From the NCBI GenBank assembly GCA_002633005.1, contig NMRA01000167.1:96402-159373 (forward strand): 62,972 bases of DNA, read 5' to 3'. Position 1 is the first letter of the stretch; every line of letters begins with the position of its first letter. The DNA is from Phoronis australis. Taxonomy: Eukaryota > Animalia > Phoronida. Shown here in pieces: positions 26,201 through 39,784 of this stretch. The notes below the pieces were generated by a model. It made no database searches and was not told the DNA's origin. It worked only from the letters and a program-made list of their open reading frames with translations. A program made the position numbers and the translations under genes.

Positions 26201-29200
26201 ACAACACAGCCTGACATAATTAAAAATAAAAGAAGAGATTGACCAATAAAATGCAAATGCACCTTGGGTATTCATTTATTTGTTTATGATTGCCTGTAAA
26301 AGGTGAAAAAAAATCAAACAGTACGATATTGGGTAATTTATAAGAATAACTGTATCGAGGTTCAATGATCAACTTCCGCCTACCAAGTCTCAAAGGGTTG
26401 CAGTTCTGTTTTGGCTGACAAGGTATTAACAGAGAATGAAGAAAAACTGAAAAGCAAAAGAAAGACAGCAGAGATAAGTGGTGTTAAGAACAACAAGAAA
26501 GAGCAAAAAGTCTGACTCAAATAAAGAGAACACAAATAGAAGATCTATCTGGAATAAAACAATAGCGATTCATTTTTCAGAACTGAAATTCTGAACCAAT
26601 TTTAATCGATTGAAAAATCAATAAAATACCAGTAAAACAGTTTGTGGTTGAACTAGAATTGTTGTGAACCACTTTCCACTATTTGCTTGGCCTTTTTCTG
26701 TGTGGTTTTTATTCTTTCAAAAGACGGCAGCATATGACGACTTTAGAAGTCATTACAAAATGGCTGCCGAAAAGCAATTCACAGTTGAAACAACTCGGCA
26801 TAAGTAAAAGAAAACGTTTGAATCAACGAATACGTTCGAGGTCAAGGACGGTACGGAATTATCGGATGAGTTACAGATGGACTACAATTGCCGGTTCATC
26901 ACAGAAGGTTACGAAATGGTCTGGCTAAGTGCGGAGTTATCGATGTTGTGACACTCCATGACAAATCGGCAATTGTAGCGTCCAAGTTTAGCTCTGAGTT
27001 CTTTCTGTTGAACATATGGATGAAGTATAGCTGTCTAAGCAAAATCTAAGCCTAGCTAGGTGGCGTTAATGTGTCACAAATAACTACAGGAGATAAAATT
27101 GTCTTTAAGCAGTGAGGTGAAGGGATTGGTTAGTGAACATGGGGTGCAATGATTGTGGTGGGAGGTGTGTTGAACATGCGCCATCGCCATGGTGTCTGGT
27201 GAGTCAGTAACTATAGTTTGCTGAACATTTGTTTGACGGTAAGAGTAATAAAGGGTTGACTTGGTGTGGATCCTCCAGTCTGAGTTTATCTGCAAGATCC
27301 CACATATTGAATAGTTGGCCAAACAGGAGTTGCTCAAAGACCAACTTAATTTAGTGAATTAAGGACAACAATCCATAGGAAAGCAATATATTTTCTCGGC
27401 TAGAACAGAGTCAATTGGTGTTCTTCACTGACAATTTGGGTCTTTTGTTGATCGCTGTGGGGCCTGTGTCACAAAGGTTCTGCACAACCTTACTTGAAAG
27501 TGCTTGCTGAATTTTCTAGGATGGCAGGAGAGAAGTGTTTGCTATAAAATGTGTAGATAAGTCCTCACTGAACAAGACCTCTACAGACAATCTGCTAACA
27601 GAGATCGAGGTATTGAAGGGCCTGAGACATGAACACATTGTGGAACTTAAGGACTTTTTGGTAAGTTCATCAATTTCTGTAGCCATGATTTGCCTTAGAC
27701 GAGTCAGCTCTAGATGTTGACTTGTTTGATACCCTTTTAAAATGGCCAGGTGGCTGCTGGTGTTTTACCAAATTATGGATGCTTGGAATTGGTCAAGTGT
27801 TATTTACCAGTCGTGACTGCCAAGATATTGATTGTAATCTGCTGTTGGTAAAAATATCTAAGAGCAGATCTTGACTGATGTAAAATGGTGTCAGTTGAAA
27901 GTTGCTGACGATCAATAGTTACATAAGAGGGGGTGTCTCGTAAATATTATTTATAATTATTTTCTAGTGGCGTCATCTAAACGCTACTACACAAACGTGC
28001 TTAATTATAACACCATATTTGTGTCCATTCAAAGTAGCAAGTTTCAGCAAAATGTACAGCAAAATGTACGCATGTGTTTCCCGATTTTCAAGTTACAATT
28101 TGGAGCATTGCTGGTCAGTTAAGATGGAGAACATGTGAGGCGTTTACGTAATTATACTTCAAGTTTACGAAAACAACTGCACGTACACGCAAATATTATA
28201 TTTTTTTATCTGTCAAAGCTGTCTTTCAAATCCTTCCTTTTGCATTTTAGACAGTATCCATACACGATACTGGTTTTAAATGTTTTTTGTATTGCAGCAG
28301 TAAAGTTTTAGTTTCAGCATGGACTTCTCACAGATCTTTTAACATCACCGGTTTCATTATTTAAATTGAGAAGTCGTACTGCTCTCTTATTTCGCAGGTA
28401 AAAATTGTTTCTTCCCAATGCTAAAGTAATTCTTCACATATTTTGCCCAAAAATAATCAGTCGCCAAAATTGCCATTTTCCATTTTTCAAAATCTGATTT
28501 ACTGAAAATAATGGAAAATCCACCAAAAGTCGATTTATGAGATCTGCGCAGTACAAGCCATGCTGGTAATAAACTAAAAAAAATTATTCTTTATTATTTT
28601 TTCGGAGAAATTTTGACAAAATAGAATTTCACTCGTCCCCCGCATTGTGTGCTATTAAAAGTGAAGAATTATCATTGATATTTGATGAGTGTTCTGTTGA
28701 CTGTAGTGGGACGACAGGTACATATACCTGGTGATGGAGTATTGCAGTGGAGGAGACTTGCACAAATTTATACAAACGAGGAGGAAGTTACCTGAACACG
28801 TCGTGCGTAGATTTCTTCAGCAATTAGGTAAGTGATCACCTGGGGCTGTTTTTTGTGTCATTTGACACAATAAAGTTAAAAAAGGTTGAAATTGACATAA
28901 TATGCGTGTTCCCTGGGATCCAATAAGTTGTAATAACTTAACGCATGTGTTTTTTTTCTGGTTATATTTAATTAGAGACATTTTCAGTAAGAAATCTCAT
29001 CTTATACTACTGAACTGATTGACATTGTCTCCTTAATTCAGCAGGCTCTCATCGTCACATAATCTCATTCGGAGGTGAAGATTTTGCTGTTGTCCTATAG
29101 CAATGTTGTGAGCCTGTTTGCAGAACTCGCAGTCTTGCATTGCTTTAACATGATCTTACCAGACTCTCAAGATGTTAGCATACATGCCTGATCCTGACCT

Positions 29201-32200
29201 AATTTCCACATCAAGATGTTAGCATACGTGCCTGATCCTGACCTAATTTCCACATCAAGATGTCAGCATACATGCCTGATCCTGACCTAATTTCCACATC
29301 AAGATGTTAGCATACATGCCTGATCTTGACCTAATGTCCACATCAAGATGTTAGCATACATGCCTGATCCTGACCTAATTTCCACATCAAGATGTTAGCA
29401 TACATGCCTGATCTTGACCTAATTTCCACATCGCCACATTGACACACTTCACTTTCCAGAACATGAAATGATGGCAAGTTATTAACATAATTTATGCAAT
29501 CTCTGACAAAATACTTTGATTGTGGATTTAGCTCGTCTTTAAATCCAACTCTCTGAGGAAGTGATTAATATGCTGTTCTACACCAGAATCTGAGATAGTG
29601 AAGCAGTAATCTGTACCAGCAATACATCAAGTCTGAGGTTATGCACCGCAACAGTGCAGGTGCTGGTTAAGCTTCCTGTTCGTCTCCACGGGAAAGAATT
29701 TAGGTGCGGTAACATTAGAAAGTCCTGCAGTTTTTCTTTAAAAATTCCTTTATTTTATTGAAGATGTTCCTAAGCATTCACTTTTTTCACTATTGTGAAA
29801 TTGCCTTCCAACATTTACATAGAAGCTGCCGGCAGAAAACCTTCACCGTGTACTTAGTAACAGCCAATTGTGTGCATCAGTTTCATCTCACTTCATATTT
29901 GATACCTTGAATAAATTAGTCTTGTGTCTTTTTTTCCTCACCAGCGCAAGCCCTCCAGTACATGCGGTCCAAGAATGTGGCTCACATGGACCTCAAGCCA
30001 CAGAACTTACTGCTGTCATCTAGCGATCACCCAAGGATTAAGATTGCAGGTAATGTCACCATACGGTGTAGCAGTTTGAACTTTAGTCAATGTTTAGAAA
30101 ATGGCAAATAGTGATAAAATGGTACGAAAGGACAAATCAGTCACATTGTCAGGGATTTTTTCTACTTTTATGTTTTACATTATTTTGTGATTGTAAGTAT
30201 TTGGTTATGGGTATAAATTTAACTGTTTTTGCGACGTGCTTGAACCCATTTTTCTCACAAGCCTAATTCGACTAGAACAAGCTACGCTGCAGCACTGAAT
30301 AAAGATCCTGAAAAAATTGACTATACCACTTTATCAACCACAAACTCTTGTTGTAAAGATGGTTATTATCATACCACATCTTGTAAAGATGGCTATTATC
30401 ATATCACATGTTTTCACTGGACATTGCTTGTGACTTGTTAAGTATCACATGTTAACTTGCAGATTTTGGCTTTGCACATTACCTGATGGAGAGTACATCT
30501 GTGGATCACATTCGAGGTTCGCCCCTCTACATGGCTCCAGAGATCATCACACGCAGGCATTATGACCCCAGGGCCGATCTGTGGTCTCTGGGTGTTATAT
30601 TGTATGGTATGTGTTATATCTCCTCACTTGTATAACTTACAGCATTCATTAAGCACATGACAGTGTTGTCGGTTTACAATTTTCATGCATAGCCAATTAT
30701 CCGCAGGACAATAATATAGTAGACTCATCTGCCAGATTTTGCTGCCAAAACAGTATAAAATGTGCCGTGTGCCAGTGGTACAATATCTCCCACTTGCAAA
30801 CAATCACAACTAATTGAAGGTAAATCATCTTCGTGGTAACTAAAAGGAAATATTTGGCAGCGCAAACAAGGGACATTGTTGTTTTATGCCAAAAAATGCA
30901 TTTTTGGGATTATCGTAGGCTGGACTTTTTGAAGTTATTATCTTTGTTTGGAAATAAAAACGAACAAAATCTGTGTTTTTGTGATTTTATTACAAGTTGA
31001 CAATTCTTGCTATTGTCTGCCAGACATTTGCTGAAAGTAAGGCTGGTGACTTTAAATATTAAAAATCTTTAAAATATTCTGGTATTTATTGAGTGACATT
31101 TTAGCTACTTAACATCAGTAAAGCATTAGAATGTGAGCATGATGTTCCTGGCATCAACTGTGTTCATTTGTGTATCTGCTATTCCAAAGCAAAGGCATCG
31201 CGAACTTACCTTCTGCAGTTTAAATCGTCTGAAAAAAGTGAAATTTTCCTGACTGCAGCACTGCCTTTGCAACTGCACTAATAATAACCCGCTGTGACAA
31301 TGAACTTATTATGGGTATAGTCGGAAGCAGCAATGAGCTTTCAGTTCTTCTCAAGCTTAGAAATCTTTTCCGAAATTAGTAATTAGGAAAAAGGTGAGAA
31401 TGTTGTTATAATAGTACAGTGAAAATTCTTCAGTTTGGGACTGTCTCTAAAATTTTGGATACTGAATTTCATGCCAAAATTGAATCGATGTTTCTTGATT
31501 CTGAAGAATGGAAGATGGGTGATTTTGGTGTTCATCACATTTCTCAAATGTTGGACGCTGCATTTTGTATCAACAAAGTCTGAGATAAAGTCGTCGAAAA
31601 TAACTCAATCGACATCCTTTTATGCAAAATTCATCTTTCTTGTCATTCTTGAATTTGGGAGGGCCATTCTAAAATTTGGTGCAAGCTCTGTTCTTGAGCA
31701 AAATAACTTAGTGTTCAGTGTCTCAAACTTGAAAATTTTTACTTCAAGTGGCCTAAATCAAAATTTGATGTTTGCACAAGGTGCGGGTTTATGTTTAAGT
31801 GTCCCAGACATCCTTTCGTTGCTGTCGTCAAACAAATTTTTGATAATTGAGACTTTGAAATACACCTGTCAAACCTTCTCGCAAAATGAACTCATCCATT
31901 ATTTTTATCTGAAGTTGAAAAATCTAAACTTTGCATGATGTAGATGGAAAAATGTGTCAGAATCTTCTTATTTTAGAATGTCTGTTTGGAAAAGCCCCCT
32001 TTGCATCGACTACTTTTCAAGAGCTGGGTGAGAAGATACGTGACTCAAAACCAGTGGAGGTAAGTTCATGCTCCATCATAAGATTTCCGTATTCTTGATT
32101 TGATTGGTCAAAGTATTGTTTCATGAGTCAAATGGCTGTGGGGTCAGCATGCTGTTCAGTTATTCCAAAGGACTTCCCTAAACCGGTTAAAAAGTATTTG

Positions 32201-33883
32201 TTTTGAATATGATCTGAAATAAAACACACTGAATACTGTAACAGAAATTACTACTAAATGATTGATTTAATAAATGGAATGGTATACAATAGGAAAATTT
32301 CAAAATTTATGCAGTCACACTACCTGTAAACTATTGTCAATGAATTATACCATGAATTCTGGACTCACTTTTCTAATTTAAATTTTCATAATAGTAACTG
32401 TTACATCTCCTCCAAAATATTTGACCATCACTGAGTAGAGATGTAAGTTGTAAGAATCTGATTGTGCTCCTTCTGTTCTCTTGCTTTAAAGGTTGTCAGT
32501 TGGACCTTTTCGACAAGTATGTATTAAACAAATATTGTACAAAACAACAGATTTTTAGCTGAGAAAATGTCACAGTGAAAGACACATGGTAGAATTAATT
32601 GTATTTTCTGAAAGTTAGAAGAATAACTTATGGAATTAGATCTTTGACTTTTTACCAATCTGCCATTAATTAGGTCATTTGACCATTTATTTTTATCTTT
32701 TTTGTGAAATTAAACAAAAAGGATGGTACATTCATTTGATAGCTAGTCAGTGGTATCCGTAAAACAACCAACATTTTTTTGATACAAATGTTCAAAAATG
32801 CTGTTGCAGATTTCAAAAACTTCGTTTTCATTTTATGGAGCTTTTGAATTTTTTCATGAAATCTATAAAAGTGATATTTTTTGATAAACCTCATGTAAAA
32901 GTGTGATGTTTAAAAAAGAACTAGCATCATTTTGTGGAAGTCAGAGTAATCAAAGTATCTGTAAGACTCATATGAATCCAATCTGACATTTCTGAGATAT
33001 GATTATCTGATGCCAATCTTGCACAATTTCTAGGATCCTACGTGACGTTAAGAATATTTTGAAGTCACAATTGTGCAAAGATACAATGCTCAAGGTTTTT
33101 AAATCTTTAAAGAGGGAGACATGCCCCGCAATTATTTGAGGGTAGGTATTTTTGTGCTATGGATTTTGAATTTCAATTAATCCATTCAATGACTCTGACA
33201 GAGTGTGCCCCCACAAAATGTTAATCATGTTTTGAACCTAACGGAGTAATTTCCATCTTAATTTCCTTCGTTATTTCGCATTTGTGTGCAGATTCCATTT
33301 GGTGCGAACGTGTCAGAAATGTGCCGGGATTTGCTACTACGTCTTCTACAGAGAGATCCCAAGCAGAGAATATCATTTGACGAGTTTTTTGAGCACCCTT
33401 TTGTTGATTTGGAGCACATACCCTCTGCTGATTGTTTGAACAAGGCGGTAAGTCTACCAAATAATGCTCGCACGTTTCTCTGCACTGTTCGCTTTATTCA
33501 AAAATTTACAAATTTTTTTTGTCCGAGTTCATAGTACTGTCACACAAAGTCTGATTTTTAATCACTTTTTATCAAAAATACCAATGGTCTATTATTTGCA
33601 AAGTCTTACAATCGTATATCTCAATTTTAAACAGAAAACCTTGTAGCAAGCTCACTAATTTGTTGCAGTTTTTACATCCTCTGAAACTGCGCCATTGTGA
33701 AACATACTTGGGCGCATGATGTTATGGACGCCTCGCTACAAACGTGTTTCATTAGGTATCACATGCACTGAAACACTGGTGAATTATTTACTACGCTTCA
33801 AAATATTACAGTTGAAGTCAGTGCTGATTGTCCCCATGGAAAGCAGTGAGAACTGATGGGGCTACCCTCATTGTAAATATTAC

Positions 33884-33936
<53 letters not shown>

Positions 33937-36900
33937 CATACATATGTATATATATGTATATATATATATATATATATGTGTGTATATAGATATATATATA
34001 TATATATTTATAATTGTAATATTAAATAAGTAAATACCGATGTGGCAATTGCCCTGCTCCAGAGAGAAAAATACTTGTGTTCGGTATGAGGTATTAAAAG
34101 CTTCTGATGTGATAGTATAAAGATCTAACATATAACATGCAAGTGAACCTATTCGACCAATCAGAATGTGCGCCAAATATAAAACTAACCAATGGGGAAG
34201 ATTAGCTTGGGCTGGTATGATTTGTAAATATATGTCAAGAGGTAGCAATTAATAACTTTAAACTGGACATATACAGGAAATACCAAAAGCTAAATATATG
34301 TCAAGAGGTAACAATTAATAACTTGAACTGAACATGTACAGGAAGTACCTAAGCTAAATAAACCAAGAAAACCTGTCACAAACACATTACAATAATCTGT
34401 GGTGCTCACCAGGATACCCTGCATCTGTGGTGCCCACCAGGATACCTTGGATCTGTGGTGCCCACCAGGATACCTTGGATCTGTGGTGCTCACCAGGATA
34501 CCTTGGATCTGTGGTGCTCGCCAGGATACCCTGCATCTGTAGTGCTCGCCAGGATACCCTGCATCTGTGGTGCTCACCAGGATACCCTGCATCTGTGGTG
34601 CTCACCAGGATACCCTGCATCTGTGGTACTCACCAGGATACATTGGATCTGTGGTGCTCACCAAGATACCTTGGATCTGTGGTGCTTACCAGGATACCTT
34701 GGATCTGTGGTGCTCACCAGGATACCTTGGATCTGTGGTGCTCAATCTTACTATTGTTTGCCGTTTCAAGGCTGCTTTATTGATACAGTGCCTAATTTTT
34801 GATTGGTTGACAGATCGCTCTTGTGAAAGAGGCAGTGGAGCAAGATTCCGCTGGTCATCTGGCTGAGGCTGCCCAGCTCTACTGCAGTGCACTGGACTAC
34901 TTTGTGCCTGCTATTGCATGTATGTCTTTTATTGGCAATGATTTTAACTCACATTTGATAGCTGTGTTTTGCTACTGTTTAGGTGTTGATGTTAAATTGT
35001 TAACCAGCGCATTTGCGTTTTGGGGTTTAAAACATTAACTAGCTTATTCGAACTTGAATTGTTGCCGAAGGAACTAGCAACTCAGGCCATAGGCAATGTG
35101 GACACGCACCATTTTCAAGGGTTGGCCAACCTCAGTAAACACTGAGGCATTTTCTTTAGTTGCCGATGGTTATAATGTTCTTACTGATAACAGAAATATA
35201 ATCCAATCACTGTAATGAACATTGTGAGACAGATTTTTGTTGACTACACTGGTCAAATCTTCAATCACCTAGTTGTTTGCTAACGTGGCACTGTGGTGGG
35301 GATTTATTTCTTAAACCTTCCTGGACTGGACAATGTAACAGGAAATGCCCACCTGTCTCATCTCTAAATTGCCTTCTAAGTGACACGTGTTGTATTTAAA
35401 CTGGGTAACTAACTTTAAATATATACCTAAAAGTATGTAGTCTGGTGTTCAGTTCACTCTCATGACAAGCTAATAAGTCTTTCCAAGCTGTGATTCTTTA
35501 CAGATTTTGTGAAAGCTATAACCCCTTGGCCTCCTCCAAATATTTTGTTCGTAATCTTGACAAAAAGATAATGTGATAGTTGCCATTGTTACTTCTACCA
35601 GCCTGACACAAACAAAAGATGAGATAGCGATGTTATCAAAAGATATGCCACACTAAAGGAGCCCTGGCCCTCTAGGGATCACCCGAAGGGTCATCGCTGG
35701 AGTGCCGCTTTTAGGGGTTACGCAAACATTTTTCTGTTAAAAATTATAATTTTCCCCCCCATTTGCGACATCTTAGACTTGCCAGTGTGAAAATTAATTT
35801 CTCTTGGTTTCAGTTGAGGCAGATCCATTGAGAAAACACAAGTTACGGAGTAAAGTGAACGAATACATAGCCAGAGCTGAGGAAATCAAATTGTCACTGA
35901 AACCCACTCAGCCATTGGTTCATAGATGTGTATCAGTTAATAGATTGATTGAATTAGGTAAGGGCTTGTTGTGATGTTATTTATTTAATTAGTTAGTTGA
36001 CTTAAAATGCTATGCACTAGCCTCCCGTCAAAGAACTATATAACGTTTTGATTTAGATCAACTACATGATTGTTTGACTGTATAAATATATCTTTTTCAT
36101 TGAGGCGTGGAATATGTTGCAAGCCAGGAGATTCTGCAAACTGTGTTTGACCAGTGGTCCTGATGGATCAGTGGCCAGAATGTCTGTACAGTTAACAGAA
36201 GGTCCTGGGTTGGAGTCCCGGTCTGGGGCAGAAATCTTTTCGGACTTATATTCATTAGGTCATGTGATGTGACCAAAAAGATGGCAGATTGAACAGGATA
36301 AACTGCTTGTAATACAGTATTGTTATGGTGTTGAGACAAACTTCTCCTTTGCATGGAATAGATGGGATGTCTGGGCTTGGAAACGATTGGTCAGTTGACA
36401 TCACCAGATAAACCCTTCTTCCTCCCGTCATCAAACGTCACATTTCCCGAACCCTCCCCCGTGTGGTGACGCAGTATGCAAACTGCCCCTAACTGTGAAC
36501 AAACGTGTTGTAGGTGGTAATGCCGACTCTCTTCTCTGTTCCAGAAAAATTATCTGCAGACAGTGACGAAATTATGGCAGCCATACAGATTATCAGTGTT
36601 GCGGAGTTTAAGGTGAACATTTACTGAAATTGTGAAAGTTCAAAAACCACATTTAGTGAGTCACTTCCATCTGCATTTTAAGTTAGTTACGACAGTTTGT
36701 GACATGAGCAGATTACTAGCTTTACATGATTGTTCTATACTGACTGCAAAAACGTCTATTTACCTCGTATTTGTAAAAAACATTGGAGTACGAACTCATC
36801 AACATGAGATAGACCTTAATAGGTTGAGGAATTTAATCATGAAGAAGATGACATTTTCTTAGAATCCAAAAGCCTTTCACCTAAGTGCAACGAGCTTTCT

Positions 36901-39784
36901 AGCAAGTTCATCAAGCCTCGTTTGTCTATGATTGACTGGACATTCTCTTAGCTCAGGCATCTAGATATTTTGCTCGTATTGCACAGCATCGTAGCTTCGA
37001 GCCATGATTGTAATGGAAATCTTCAGACCTGCATCATTAGACGATGTGATGTGACCAGCAGGTGGTGTAGTCTCTCTGTTTTAGCCATCTCTGAGTCCAT
37101 TCACATGCATTTGGGTTACATATCACAACTGCTATCTGACCAAGTTTGTGCATCATTTGTGTGTTTTAAACTAAGGATTTATTGTGAATGTGTTTCTATC
37201 ACTATTTGTCTGGTAACGTCTGAATGCCGAATTCATAATTTATCATTCTTTGGATGAAGACTTCCAGACATGACATAAACAGAGCATACCTGTGCATTAT
37301 AGGAAGAACACGACCAGTATGAAGGTGCATATGAAAAATATGAACTGGCTTTGGAAGGGCTAATTAAAGTGTTGGAAGGTATGTAATGTAGCCATACTCG
37401 GCAGGTGTCATGACATGCTCCCCCATTCAAATTTCACTGCAATCTTTCTGATAAGCTGCGGTGTACACAAGTCAAGTTGCTCTATTGTGTTGCTCATGAG
37501 TGCAACAGGATACAGGTTGATATGTATCAAAAAAGGAAGAGCAGTTGCTATGCGCATAATTTTTCTTTTCTTCTGTTGTAGTTAACCGATTTTGGCCATT
37601 CAAGCAATTAAAAAGTTCAACTTTCAATGGAGGATTTTATTTTTATAGCCACTATGTTTAAAACGTTGAGATCAGTGTTGCCATTAACACTCACCGGTTA
37701 TCACTAACTCTCATGTCTGTTCTCTAATCGGCAAACATAGGAAGCCAGTCATAAAAGTCCAGGCGGTGTTGTAAATGGCTATCGTAATCGCAACCGGTGA
37801 GAAGCGTTCATATTTGACGGTTGGGAAATGAGACACAGCGCCTATTTGAATCCCTTTCGTCTTGGACTTCCTTGCTCACTTCTCTTTTCTAAACACAATT
37901 TGTAGAAAATTATGGGATTTATGGTTACCAAAGTCTTTGACTTGAAACCTAGATCTATTAAGAGTAGGGCTGTTGTGAGCATGGGACTAGGGGTATAGGA
38001 AGCATGAGGTGACATAGGTAGCCAGCTTTGTGTGACTTGACGTGTATTTGTAATTATACTGCTTGGTACCAAGGCTTTGGCATAGGAAGTGTGGGGCCAG
38101 GGGGACACCGGTCCTCCAAGAGTTTGCTGTGTCATGGGAGTAGCATGGGTGGCAATTGTTAAGGAGGGTGGGAGCGGTCCCAAATTGGCAGCCATGCAAG
38201 AAAATTGTGAAATTCGTGGTAACAAAGTGGTGGTTACCGGGCGATTGGGAAGAAACTTTAACCTTCTTTAAGGTCTGCTAAGTTACCATCATGATGATGT
38301 ATCAGGACAAAGGTCATGGCTTTATGCGGTCTGCGTCGGAAATAGTTTAGAATAATTCTTCAATCATTTCGCACAAAACTAAGTACCACAGTTGTGATTT
38401 TTCCATTTTTCAAACTGAGTGTCCTACTTTACTGTGAATAATGGAAATATTTTGAAAAGTTGTTTTATGACATGTACATTGTACAAACCATTCTAGTGAT
38501 AGACTTAACATTTTTTGACAAAATAGAATTTCACTTGTTGGCCATGTTGTGTGCTAAATGAGTGGAAAATTACCCAATGTTCTGGAATTTTTCAGATGAG
38601 CCAAATGGCCGAAGGAAAGATCTTTTAAGACAGCAGGTACAGTATACATACGGACTGTCGCTGATTTTTAAATAAAGCTTGATCCCTGTGAAACTTTTGA
38701 AAAAGGTTGATCCTTTCTGCAAAACTCAAAATACTTAATCGTATGCTCTTGTCAGCATCCATTCTCAATCTGTGTATTTACCATACGGAGGAAATTAGTT
38801 TAGTGATTTGTTACAGATTGTGTTGTCAATTGACATTTGCACTGTGCTTCCTCAGGCAAATCATGACAGTGAATTTTTCTTTAAATTTCATGCTCTGTCC
38901 AAATTTGCAGATGTCTGTGTGGATGTCCAGAGCAGAAAAAATCAAGAGCTACGTGGCTTTAAAGAAACTTCGTTCACAGGAAATTCGGGAAAAAGAGGAG
39001 AGGGAACAGGAAGAGATTACAAAAAGTGAGTATGACCCCACCTTTGTTGAAAATCTGCATATTGAGCTTGGAGGGGGCAACTAGTTCCAATAGTGGCTTA
39101 GAATTTTTCAGATGGTTGTAAATCATGGGTGTTATTCACACACAGTTGGCCTTTTGAAATTGACTTTCAAGGTCAGTGAAAAGATTTCTGTGAACTTTGC
39201 TCTTTGTATACAACTGTCCCAGTTGGACTGTGTAACCATGGTTCTGGCTTAGAAGATATTGCTTTATTGCCCCCTGTAGATTAGTGAATAGCCAAGCCCG
39301 TAACGAACTTTGAATTCCATCTCAAATTGTTCCTACCTGTAGAAATGATTTCTGGGCTTGTGAACAAATAAGCTCATTATCGCTTGAGACTAGGGCCAAT
39401 CAGATGGCTTACCAGGGCGAGTCACTATTGTGTGCAGAGCAGGGCCTCAAGCTGTATCAGACTTTCCATTCTTCCCCTAGCTTCGAGATCACTTCTGATC
39501 TTAGCATAAGGAACAAAGTGAAACTAATGGAATGTTTTTTACACTCAGGCATATTCCACACAGACCTTTATTACTGACTGGAATCCCAATTTAATAAATT
39601 AATAGCTAATAGCCGTGGCAGTTTTTCCACATGGTTTCCATTGCTAATAGCTGTCCATAGTTAGGGAACCTCTAAATGTGGGCAGTAAAGCTCATAGCTT
39701 GGTTGAGATCTTGTGTTTTAATTTTGTAATCAGATGTTATTGTATTGACATTCTGTTGTAGAAATGAACTGTGTCATTCAGTAA
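23179..39784 (+). CDS. ULK3: Serine/threonine-protein kinase ULK3 (kinase domain, two MIT domains, C-terminal CaaX), 14 coding exons, 474 aa
   Basis: Exons 23179-23280, 27520-27660, 28707-28827, 29945-30049, 30463-30606, 31977-32059, 33292-33447, 34814-34919, 35814-35957, 36545-36612, 37303-37378, 38596-38636, 38911-39025, 39762-39784 sum to 1425 nt in frame, all GT-AG. Motifs: [76 protein letters not shown] repeats ([12 protein letters not shown]...[10 protein letters not shown]; [10 protein letters not shown]...WMSRAEKIK), ending CVIQ-stop. Confidence 0.95.
23817..24937. mobile_element. Non-autonomous DNA transposon with CAGGG termini (hAT-like), spanning a gap
   Basis: 11-bp TIR CAGGGATATAC / GTATATCCCTG, subterminal ctcgcc/ggcgag repeats; no clean TSD. 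Confidence 0.55.
24037..24782. other. Assembly gap (N run)
   Basis: Ns preceded by a G run. Confidence 1.
25521..26021. mobile_element. 501-bp MITE with CAGGG termini (hAT-like)
   Basis: 13-bp perfect TIR CAGGGCTTGGAAT / ATTCCAAGCCCTG, repeated cgcggaaa subterminal motifs; TSD not evident. Confidence 0.7.
27520..27660 (+). CDS. ULK3: ULK3 exon 2
   Basis: [47 protein letters not shown]. Confidence 0.95.
28707..28827 (+). CDS. ULK3: ULK3 exon 3
   Basis: [40 protein letters not shown]. Confidence 0.95.
29167..29432. repeat. 44-bp minisatellite, 6 near-identical copies (ULK3 intron 3)
   Basis: tcaagatgttagcatacatgcctgatcctgacctaatttccaca repeated at 44-bp spacing. Confidence 0.95.
29945..30049 (+). 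CDS. ULK3: ULK3 exon 4 (catalytic loop)
   Basis: [35 protein letters not shown]. Confidence 0.95.
30463..30606 (+). CDS. ULK3: ULK3 exon 5 (activation segment)
   Basis: [48 protein letters not shown]. Confidence 0.95.
31977..32059 (+). CDS. ULK3: ULK3 exon 6
   Basis: [28 protein letters not shown]. Confidence 0.93.
33292..33447 (+). CDS. ULK3: ULK3 exon 7
   Basis: [52 protein letters not shown]. Confidence 0.95.
33887..34006. repeat. (TA)n microsatellite, interrupted
   Basis: Long TA run with occasional CA/TG. Confidence 0.95.
34395..34744. repeat. 28-bp minisatellite, ~12.5 copies (ULK3 intron 7)
   Basis: atctgtggtgctcaccaggatacc(ttgg/ctgc) units. Confidence 0.95.
34814..34919 (+). CDS. 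ULK3: ULK3 exon 8 (MIT1)
   Basis: [35 protein letters not shown]. Confidence 0.92.
35814..35957 (+). CDS. ULK3: ULK3 exon 9 (MIT1)
   Basis: [48 protein letters not shown]. Confidence 0.9.
36545..36612 (+). CDS. ULK3: ULK3 exon 10
   Basis: [23 protein letters not shown]; phase 1 to 0 fits neighbours. Confidence 0.8.
37303..37378 (+). CDS. ULK3: ULK3 exon 11 (MIT2)
   Basis: [25 protein letters not shown]. Confidence 0.87.
38596..38636 (+). CDS. ULK3: ULK3 exon 12 (MIT2)
   Basis: [14 protein letters not shown], 41-nt exon, phase 1 to 0. Confidence 0.87.
38911..39025 (+). CDS. ULK3: ULK3 exon 13 (MIT2 end)
   Basis: [38 protein letters not shown], then gtgagt donor. Confidence 0.87.
39762..39784 (+). 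CDS. ULK3: ULK3 terminal coding exon 14 (KMNCVIQ-stop)
   Basis: ttctgttgtag|AA ATG AAC TGT GTC ATT CAG TAA; phase matches exon 13 and gives a CaaX-like end as in vertebrate ULK3. Confidence 0.75.

Noticed and set aside
31435-31938. 167-aa ORF in ULK3 intron 5
   Set aside because: AT-rich, non-ATG start, no homology signal; looks like repeat-derived sequence.
34395-34744. CRISPR-like appearance and repetitive ORFs on both strands
   Set aside because: Contiguous 28-bp units without unique spacers, inside a eukaryotic intron; the ORFs are by-products of the repeat.
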